Source of the DNA: Deltaproteobacteria bacterium
Lineage (GTDB): Bacteria; Myxococcota_A; Polyangia; Polyangiales; Houyiibacteriaceae
Assembly (NCBI GenBank): GCA_034670305.1
Contig: JAXMNT010000078.1
Coordinates: 1 to 23,702 of the forward strand
Reading direction: 5' to 3'
DNA: 23,702 nt
Part shown: positions 1 through 6,589 of the stretch, one piece after another
Position numbering within the stretch: the first letter of the stretch is position 1
Layout of the letters: each line of letters starts with the position of its first letter
Program-made: the position numbers and the translations under genes
Notes under the pieces: model-generated
What the model was told of the DNA's origin: nothing
Databases searched by the model: none
Seen by the model: the letters and a program-made list of their open reading frames with translations, nothing else

Positions 1-62
1 GTCCGCTGGGCATCGCGCTCCGATTCGCGCCTCGCCGTCGCGAAACACACGGCGTCCACGAC

Positions 63-125
63 GCGGGCAAGGGCACGGGCAAGGGCAACGGCAAGGGAGC
101 AGGTCGCTTTTCAGCGACCTGCTAG
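63..125 (+). repeat. Composite repeat element copy A1: (GGGCAA)-like hexamers, 11-bp hairpin, terminal CTAG
   Basis: GCGGGCAAGGGCACGGGCAAGGGCAACGGCAAGGG (63-97), then perfect inverted repeat AGCAGGTCGCT-TTTC-AGCGACCTGCT (98-123) ending in CTAG (122-125). Similar to the reverse complement of 23578-23658. Confidence 0.85.
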
Positions 126-327
126 ACACAGCGTCAGCACCAGACACAGCGTCAGCACCAGACACAGCGTCAGCGTCAGCACTAGACACAGCGTCAGCAC
201 CAGACACAGCGTCAGCACCAGACACAGCGTCAGCACCAGACACAGCGTCAGCACCAGACACAGCGTCAGCACCAGACACAGCGTCAGCACCAGACACAGC
301 GTCAGCACCAGAGACAGCGTCAGCACC
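124..327. repeat. 18-bp tandem repeat (AGACACAGCGTCAGCACC), 11 units
   Basis: Counted directly: 11 contiguous units with no spacers. Unit 3 has a 6-nt CAGCGT duplication and a terminal C>T change; unit 11 has one substitution. Confidence 0.97.
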
Positions 328-386
328 ATTCGGGTGGGGGCTTGCTGGCTCGGCGGCATTTTGATGGTGGCGGAGTGCTCGCCCGC

Positions 387-515
387 GTCAAGGGTGCCTC
401 CGGCCCCAGCCTTCGGAAGGCTGGCTTCGCCCTTGACCCAGGCTCCGCTCTCCACCGGGGGCGCTCCGCGCCGCCGAGCAATGTCGCTCTGGCGTGTGAC
501 GCGTTGGAGGCTCTG
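387..515 (+). promoter_or_regulatory. Conserved structured leader of four-helix-bundle gene 1
   Basis: GTCAAGGG (387-394) and CCCTTGAC (430-437) form an inverted pair around the hairpin CCAGCCTTC-G-GAAGGCTGG (406-424). TTGACC at 433-438, GGGGGCGCT at 457-465, GGAGG RBS at 506-510. Blocks are shared with 12572-12713. Confidence 0.65.
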
Positions 516-827
516 ATGATTGTTCTCGAAACTTCGTTCGTTCTCGTGGGGGAGTTGCGCGACGTGCTGGCTGCTGTTTCTCGCAAAGACCGGTCGCTGG
601 CAGACCAGATGCGGCGGGCGGTTCAGTCAGTCGTCCTGAACTGCGCTGAGGCGCAACACGCACGCGGGAAGCGGAGCGTCGACCGCTTCTCGATCGCGTA
701 CGGAGAGGCGAGCGAGCTGAAGGCGGCGCTTCGTCTCGTCCGAGTACTCGGGTATGCCGAGGTCGGCGAGGACGTGACGCGGCGCTGCGATGAGATTTGC
801 GCGATGTTGTACCGGCTGAGTCACTGA
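516..827 (+). CDS. Four-helix-bundle protein (23S rRNA IVP / Avd-like family), 103 aa
   Basis: Motifs [19 protein letters not shown] and [11 protein letters not shown] resemble the family pattern DQxRRAxxSxxxNIAEG...FxxAxGSxxE; C-terminus CAMLYRLS. Start moved to ATG 516, just after GGAGG. Confidence 0.85.
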   Translation: MIVLETSFVLVGELRDVLAAVSRKDRSLADQMRRAVQSVVLNCAEAQHARGKRSVDRFSIAYGEASELKAALRLVRVLGYAEVGEDVTRRCDEICAMLYRLSH

Positions 828-840
828 CAGCAGGCTGTTC

Positions 841-864
841 GGCGCCGGCCCTCGGGCCGGCGTC
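841..864 (+). other. GC-rich hairpin downstream of four-helix-bundle gene 1
   Basis: GGCGCCGGCCC-TC-GGGCCGGCGTC with one G-U pair and no U-tract. Confidence 0.5.
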
Positions 865-887
865 GCGTCGGCATCTGCCTCCGGGGG

Positions 888-1151
888 CGGATTCGGCTTC
901 GGGGTCGGCTTCGGGGTCGGCTCGGGGCCGGCTTCGGGGTCGGCTTCGGGGCCGGCTTCGGGGTCGGCTTCGGGGTCGGCTTCGGCTTCGGATTCGGATT
1001 CGGCTTCGGGGTCGGCTTCGGGGTCGGCTTCGGGGTCGGCTTCGGGGCCGCCGGCTTCGGCTTCGGATTCGGCTTCGGCTTCGGCTTCGGCTTCGGCTTC
1101 GGGGTCGGCTTCGGATTCGGCTTCGGCTTCGACTTCGGATTCGGCTTCGGC
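888..1151 (-). repeat. Heterogeneous hexamer array B1 (GCCGAA/CCCCGA/TCCGAA on the minus strand), about 43 units
   Basis: CGGCTT/CGGGGT/CGGATT units fill the gap between two convergent genes. Confidence 0.95.
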
Positions 1152-1156
1152 CGGCT

Positions 1157-2482
1157 CTACACCTGCGCCGACTTCCACCCGCCGCGCCGGAAGCTCGCCC
1201 ACAGAATCACCGCGCGCACCGTCCAATCGAGGGTGCTCGCCATCCACACGCCGCGCAGTCCGAGGTCCAAGACGAACGCGAAGACGTAGGTCGCGGCGAG
1301 TCGCACCATCAGTCCACCGACGAAGGTCGCGCGCAACGCGGCTCGGGTGTCGCCGGCGCCGCGGAGTGCTTCGGCCATCACCGCGGCGACGCCGAGGACG
1401 GGTGCTTCGACGGCGGCGATGGCGAGGCAGGGCACCGCCAAGGCGAGCACGTCGGGGTCGTTCGAGAAGGGCAAGAGCAGCCACTCGGGCACGAGCAGGA
1501 AGGCGAGGGCGAAGAGGCCGAGCAGCCCGAGGGTGTGGGCGAGCGACGACTTGATCATGGCTTCGGCTTGGTCGGGTTTCTTCGCGCCAAGACTCTGCGC
1601 GGCGAGCGCGGCCGCCGCGATGCCGAATCCATCGGCGGAGAGAAAGGCGATTGCCTCGACGCTGATGAGCGTTTGGTTGGCGGCCATGGCGCGTTCCCCC
1701 AGCGCGCCGATCATCGCGACGAACCCGAGGAAGCCGACTTGTTGCAGCAAACGTTCGGCGACGGTTGGCCCGGCGACCGTGCGCACTCGGCGCCACGCGT
1801 CTCGTTCGCCGCCACGGCCGCGCCAGCTCAGTTGCCCTGGCCGGCGTCGGGCGAGCAGGGCCCACAACACCGCCGCCTGCCACACCATCGCGGAGACGCT
1901 GCCGATCGCCGCGCCGCGCGCGCCCATGTCGAGCCCGAACACCAGGCCGATGCTCAAGCCGACGTTGAGCAGCACCCCGACCGAGGAGACGACGAAGGGC
2001 GTTCGGGTGTCGCCGGCCGCCTGCATGCCGACCGCCGCCGTGTAGGAGAGCAACATCGCCGGCATGCCGAGAAAGGAGACCTCGAGGTAGCGCACCGCCT
2101 CGTTGCGTGCGGCGGGACCGACATCGCCGAAGAGACGAAGGCACAACGGGATGGCGAGCAGACCCATCGTCGCCGCGATCACACCGATGCCGAGCGCGCC
2201 GAGGCCGCTGGCCCGCAACGCGGAACCTGCGCCCTCGAAGTCCTCCGCGCCGACGCGCCGTCCGATGAGCGCGATGCTGCCCACGCTGAACGCGCTCAGG
2301 ACGAGCCACGACGTCCACACGAGCGGGCCGCTCATCTGCATGGACGCGAGTGAGTCCGAGTCGAAGTGGCCGAGCACACCGCGGTCGACGAGGAACGCGA
2401 CCGTGTGCAAGAGCTGCTGCGCGATGGCCGGCCAGGCGAGCCGCCTTACCAATCTTCGGATCTCGGACCGAGACAGGCTCAT
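1157..2482 (-). CDS. MATE family efflux transporter (DinF/NorM-like)
   Basis: 441 aa, multi-TM. LAWPAIAQQLLHTVAFLVD, GDTRTPF, MGARGAAIG, RGAGDTR and LGLRGVW are typical MATE motifs. Confidence 0.93.
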   Translation of the reverse strand: MSLSRSEIRRLVRRLAWPAIAQQLLHTVAFLVDRGVLGHFDSDSLASMQMSGPLVWTSWLVLSAFSVGSIALIGRRVGAEDFEGAGSALRASGLGALGIGVIAATMGLLAIPLCLRLFGDVGPAARNEAVRYLEVSFLGMPAMLLSYTAAVGMQAAGDTRTPFVVSSVGVLLNVGLSIGLVFGLDMGARGAAIGSVSAMVWQAAVLWALLARRRPGQLSWRGRGGERDAWRRVRTVAGPTVAERLLQQVGFLGFVAMIGALGERAMAANQTLISVEAIAFLSADGFGIAAAALAAQSLGAKKPDQAEAMIKSSLAHTLGLLGLFALAFLLVPEWLLLPFSNDPDVLALAVPCLAIAAVEAPVLGVAAVMAEALRGAGDTRAALRATFVGGLMVRLAATYVFAFVLDLGLRGVWMASTLDWTVRAVILWASFRRGGWKSAQV

Positions 2483-2532
2483 GTCAGACGCATCGAGTGA
2501 GACGCATCGGCCGACGCATCAGGGGACCAGGC

Positions 2533-3426
2533 TCAGCGCTGGCGCTGAAACTTCACCTTCTGTTTGGGCACGATGCCCTCGCGCTGAAGCACTTCGGTGG
2601 CGAGCGCCTTCACCTTCGGATGGCTTCCCTTTTGGAGGAACGCCCCGAGCTGGTTCGCGTCGGCTTTGGCGAGGCGCATCATCGCGGTGCGCGCGCGCCC
2701 CTTCTTCTTCTGCTTGAGGTACGTGAAGACCTGCGCTCGCAAGAGGAACGGCTTCACTTCGGCGTAGTCGGGATCTTCAGGATCGTAGTCTTCGAGCAGC
2801 TCCGCCGCTTCTTCGTGTTTGCCGGTGCGGGAGAACGCCTCGGCCATCACCGCGGCGTAGAGCGCGCGCTGCTTCGGCTGGGGTTGCGCATCGATGTCGA
2901 TCTGGTCGGCGAGCACCCGCGCGTCGGAGGCGCGGTTCTGAACGAGATGCATGAGCGCGAGCTGTGCGCGCACGTCGCCGCGGATGGCCTTCGGTGCTTT
3001 GTCGAGATCGATCGACTCGAGGATGCGCACGGCCTCCTTGGGATCGTCCTGGGCGACGAGCTGCGCTTGCGCCATCTGTCCGATCGCGTCGTTGCCGCCT
3101 TTGCCACTCTGGAGTTTGGCGAGCGCCTCGGCGCGGCCCTTCTCGTCGGTGGCGCCCTTGAGGATGTCGACGATCGCGGTCGACTTCCGGAGCATGTTCC
3201 ACACGTAGAGGCCGAACCCGACGATCACGAGCGTGAGCACGCCGGCGACCACGAAGCCCCAGTAGGAGATGTACGGGGTGAGCATGCCGGCGATGAGCCA
3301 GAGCACGCCGACCGCGATCGCAATCTGCGCGATGACCTTCCACTTGATGGTCGGTCGCTCCATCTGGGCGAGCGCTTCGGTGGGATCCCTGCGCTCGGGC
3401 AGTTTCGCCTTTTTCCTCTTGGCCAC
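2533..3426 (-). CDS. Hypothetical membrane protein with two N-terminal TM helices and a TPR-like helical C-terminus
   Basis: 297 aa, GTG start, two hydrophobic segments, then Ala/Leu-rich helical repeats (DPKEAVRILESI, GKHEEAAELLE). Confidence 0.75.
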   Translation of the reverse strand: MAKRKKAKLPERRDPTEALAQMERPTIKWKVIAQIAIAVGVLWLIAGMLTPYISYWGFVVAGVLTLVIVGFGLYVWNMLRKSTAIVDILKGATDEKGRAEALAKLQSGKGGNDAIGQMAQAQLVAQDDPKEAVRILESIDLDKAPKAIRGDVRAQLALMHLVQNRASDARVLADQIDIDAQPQPKQRALYAAVMAEAFSRTGKHEEAAELLEDYDPEDPDYAEVKPFLLRAQVFTYLKQKKKGRARTAMMRLAKADANQLGAFLQKGSHPKVKALATEVLQREGIVPKQKVKFQRQR

Positions 3427-3600
3427 GGGGTGGCCTAGCAGGCTGGCGGAAAATGGGCGAACGGAAGCCGCGCATGGTTCTGGTGCCGATCACCGCCCCC
3501 TGGCTGGGGCGAAGCGGCGCGACCTGTGACTTCGCAGACCACAACGGCGACGAGATCACCCGTGCAGGTGGGTTTGCACGATCCTTGCTCTACCCGGGGC

Positions 3601-4452
3601 ATGCGTTTGCTCATGCTCGCCCTGGTCTTGGTTTTCGGCTGCGAGGTCGCCGAACTCTACTCCGACGGAACCCGCCCGATCACCCCCGGTCTGGACGCCG
3701 GCGTCATGAACGACAGCGGCCCCGGCGCGGACAGCGGCCCGGGCGTGGACACGGGCCTGGCTTGTGTGCCCATGTGCTCGGGCCGAGACTGCGGCGACGA
3801 CCGCTGCGAGGGCACCTGCGGCACCTGCGGCGCGGGCGACGCGTGCAGCGAGGCGGGGACCTGCGAGCCGGTCGACCCCGGATGCACCCCGAGCTGTGCG
3901 GGACGCGGATGCGGCGACGACGGCTGCGGGGGGTCGTGCGGCATGTGCGCGGTCGGTCAGATGTGCACCGCCGGCAGCTGCGTGAGCGGCCCGCCCGATC
4001 CGCCCACCGCCACCTGTTCCGGGACCCGCGGCCGCGACGTCGGCACCACCGTTCCGAGCGCGACCTTCACCGACTGCGACGGAAACGAGGTCTCCCTCGA
4101 CTACCTCTGCGGCTACGACGCAGCCTGGGTCTACTCGTTCGCGACCTGGTGCGGCATCTGCCGCAGCGAGATGCGCACCATCAACGACTGGGTCGCCACC
4201 CAGCCGGCAGACCGGTTCGAGATGTTGATCGTCGTCACCAGCACCACCGAACACGGCACCCCGAACGCCGCGTACTGCGACTCGATCCGCGACGAGTTCG
4301 GCCTGACCAACGCGACCGTCTTGTTCGACGACGGCAACCGCTTCCTCAACACCTTCTACTACGGCGGCGCCGGCGCCGAGATGGCGTACGAGAACGGCGT
4401 GATGGTGCAAAAGGGCGGCGTCACCCGCGGCCTCATCGAGAGCTTGCTCTAG
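3601..4452 (+). CDS. Cys-rich lipoprotein with a C-terminal thioredoxin/TlpA-like redoxin domain
   Basis: Signal/lipobox MRLLMLALVLVFGC. Two repeats of CxPxCxGRxCGDDxCxGxCGxC, then TFTDCDGNEVSL...FATWCGICRSEM (CxxC redoxin motif). Start set at ATG 3601. Confidence 0.8.
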   Translation: MRLLMLALVLVFGCEVAELYSDGTRPITPGLDAGVMNDSGPGADSGPGVDTGLACVPMCSGRDCGDDRCEGTCGTCGAGDACSEAGTCEPVDPGCTPSCAGRGCGDDGCGGSCGMCAVGQMCTAGSCVSGPPDPPTATCSGTRGRDVGTTVPSATFTDCDGNEVSLDYLCGYDAAWVYSFATWCGICRSEMRTINDWVATQPADRFEMLIVVTSTTEHGTPNAAYCDSIRDEFGLTNATVLFDDGNRFLNTFYYGGAGAEMAYENGVMVQKGGVTRGLIESLL

Positions 4453-4528
4453 TCCACGCAAAGCGTGGGCTAGCCCTTGCCCTTGCCCTTGCCCCTGCCC
4501 TTGCCCTCCTCGCTGCCCGTGCCCGTGC
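4449..4528 (-). repeat. Composite repeat element copy A2: CTAG-bounded hairpin plus (CCCTTG)n
   Basis: CTAGTCCACGC-AAA-GCGTGGGCTAG (4449-4473, one G-U), then CCCTTG/CCCCTG/CCCGTG hexamers to about 4528. Confidence 0.75.
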
Positions 4529-4566
4529 ACCGCCCTGCGCGCCAAGCGCGGACCTTCGGTCGTTCT

Positions 4567-6549
4567 TCAATCCGCGATGCGTTGGAACTCGATGCGGCGG
4601 TTCTGGCTTCGGCCTTCTTCCGTGTCGTTTTCAGCCACCGGCTGGCTCTCGCCGAGTCCGATCGCTTCGAGCCTCGAGGCGTCGATTTGGAACTGGGAGA
4701 CGAGCCAATCGCGGACCGTGTTCGCGCGTTGCTGACTCAGCCGGAGGTTGTTCCGCGAGCTGCCCTGGCCGTCGGTGTGGCCGCTGATTCGAATCCGGAC
4801 CTCCGGGTGCCTCGTGAGCGAGGTCCCGACGTGCTCGAGAATCGCGAACGCGTCGCCCACGAGGTCGTTGCTGCCAGAAAGGAACTGGACGTCGGGCAAC
4901 ACCATGGCGACTTCGGTCATCACCAAGCAGCCGTCCGCATCCACGGTGGCGCCGCGTGGGGTCTGCGGGCAGGTGTCGTTCACGTCGAGGATGCCGTCGT
5001 TGTCGCTGTCCACCGCCGGCGCTTCGACGACCTCTTCGACCTCTTCGACCGGCTCTGGCGCTTCTTCGACTGGAGCCGCGGCAGTCCCGATGCTCCAGCG
5101 AATGCCGAGGCCGACGATGTCGGCTTCCATGTTGTAGTCGCCGTTGCCGATGTACGCGACGCCGCCTTCGGTGGGCGGCCGGTCGGGTGTGCGGGGTGGG
5201 CGGATCGGGTTGGCCTGCGGCACCGCGCTGTCGCGCACCTGGCGGTCTTGCAGGAACACATGCGCGTAGCTCACGTCGAGCCAGAGGCCGTCCTTGAGCC
5301 GAACGCTCGCGCCGAGGCCCACGATGAACTTCGAGCTGTCGAGCGTCAGCGGCGTCAGGTACGCGTCGTCGAAGCTCGAGTTCTCGTAGTTCACGCCGGC
5401 GCGGATCTGCAGGCGGTCCTCGAGCGTCGTGAACTCGCCGCCGAGCCGCACGCTGAACACATCGTTCATGTTGCGGGGGATGTCGATCGGTCCGACCTGG
5501 TAGTCGCCGATGGCGATGGCGTCGCGGATCCAGACGTTCTTCGGCGTGATCTTGGCGGCGGTCTGACTCGCCCAGTGTTCCCATACGAGCGCGGCTTCGA
5601 TGCGCAACGAAGGCGTCGGCCGCACTTCGACGCCGGCGCGCAAGATCACCGGCAAGCTGAGCTCGAGGTCGGCCTTGTTCCCGTCGACGCGCGCGCCATC
5701 GAAGATCGGCGCGCCCGGCAGGCGCACGTCGAGTTCGGCTTCGCCGCGGATCGCGCGCGGATGCCACACCATGGACGCGCCGATGCGGACCACGTCGGTC
5801 GCGTAGGTCAGGCCCAGGCTGATGCCGGGCGCGATGATCGGGGAGAGGGAGAAGCGGGTGACGCCATCCCACTCGGGGTCCTCCGGCTGGCTGCACGCGA
5901 GCCCGTCGCAGGCGCTGATCGACGTCTCGCCGACGAACGATCCGATGAGCACCGGCACACCCACGCCGATCGAGAAGTTGTCGGTCGGTTTCCACGCGAG
6001 CGACGCGTTCACGTTGAGGAAGAGGCTGCCTTCCAGGGTGAACAGCGAGTAGCGCTGCGGTGCCGCGCTGCAGTTCGGATCGTCGAAGCCCTCTTGAGTG
6101 GTCGCGTCGCAGGTGCCGCCGGACGCCTGTACACCGCGGGGCCAGCTGAGCAGGCTCGCATTGGGGGCGTAGATGCCGACGCCGAGCACCAGGTCGTCCC
6201 GCAGCGGGTGCGAGTACGCGATCATCGGGATCGGGATCGGCGGCGCGCTCAGGTCGACCGTCGGCAGGGTGTTGCCGCCTGAGTCGATGCGGGTGAAGTC
6301 ACCGCGCAGGAACGTGAGGGACGCGTCGAGCAGCAGCTGCTGACCGGACCACGAGAGGCCGGCCGGGTTGTACCAGATGGACTGCGGGTCGTCGGCGCCG
6401 GCCACGAACGCGAAGCCGCGCCCCATGGGTCGGACGCCGCGGTCGGTGAGAAAGAGGCCGCCCGCTTCCGCGGGGGCGGCGTGGGCCAGCACGCCGGTCA
6501 GAACCAGCAGCGCGGCTGTTCCGCTGAATGGGAGAGTGGATTTCGTCAT
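4567..6549 (-). CDS. FadL/OmpP1-type outer-membrane transport barrel fused to a TSP3-like motif and an OmpA C-terminal domain
   Basis: Signal peptide ending AEA-G. GVRPMGRGFAFVAGADDPQSIWYNPAGL is the FadL-family N-terminal signature. DSDNDGILDVNDTCPQTP, then ISGHTDGQG...NLRLSQQRA...GLGESQP...NRRIEF (OmpA). Start moved to ATG 6549. Confidence 0.88.
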   Translation of the reverse strand: MTKSTLPFSGTAALLVLTGVLAHAAPAEAGGLFLTDRGVRPMGRGFAFVAGADDPQSIWYNPAGLSWSGQQLLLDASLTFLRGDFTRIDSGGNTLPTVDLSAPPIPIPMIAYSHPLRDDLVLGVGIYAPNASLLSWPRGVQASGGTCDATTQEGFDDPNCSAAPQRYSLFTLEGSLFLNVNASLAWKPTDNFSIGVGVPVLIGSFVGETSISACDGLACSQPEDPEWDGVTRFSLSPIIAPGISLGLTYATDVVRIGASMVWHPRAIRGEAELDVRLPGAPIFDGARVDGNKADLELSLPVILRAGVEVRPTPSLRIEAALVWEHWASQTAAKITPKNVWIRDAIAIGDYQVGPIDIPRNMNDVFSVRLGGEFTTLEDRLQIRAGVNYENSSFDDAYLTPLTLDSSKFIVGLGASVRLKDGLWLDVSYAHVFLQDRQVRDSAVPQANPIRPPRTPDRPPTEGGVAYIGNGDYNMEADIVGLGIRWSIGTAAAPVEEAPEPVEEVEEVVEAPAVDSDNDGILDVNDTCPQTPRGATVDADGCLVMTEVAMVLPDVQFLSGSNDLVGDAFAILEHVGTSLTRHPEVRIRISGHTDGQGSSRNNLRLSQQRANTVRDWLVSQFQIDASRLEAIGLGESQPVAENDTEEGRSQNRRIEFQRIAD

Positions 6550-6589
6550 ATCGAAGTGCGCGACGCCACGGAAGCAGCCCGCGGGGAGT

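Noticed and set aside
1-62. Gene fragment at the left edge
   Set aside because: Too short and without a recognisable motif in any frame.
124-327. CRISPR array
   Set aside because: The 18-bp units are contiguous with no unique spacers, and no cas genes are visible.
111-455. Minus-strand ORF encoding (LVLTLC)n
   Set aside because: It is the translation of a stop-free repeat with invariant codons and overlaps the four-helix leader. It cannot be fully excluded but has no support.
342-515. 58-aa N-terminal extension of four-helix-bundle gene 1
   Set aside because: The paralog aligns from ATG 516, which has a GGAGG RBS; the extension is the structured leader.
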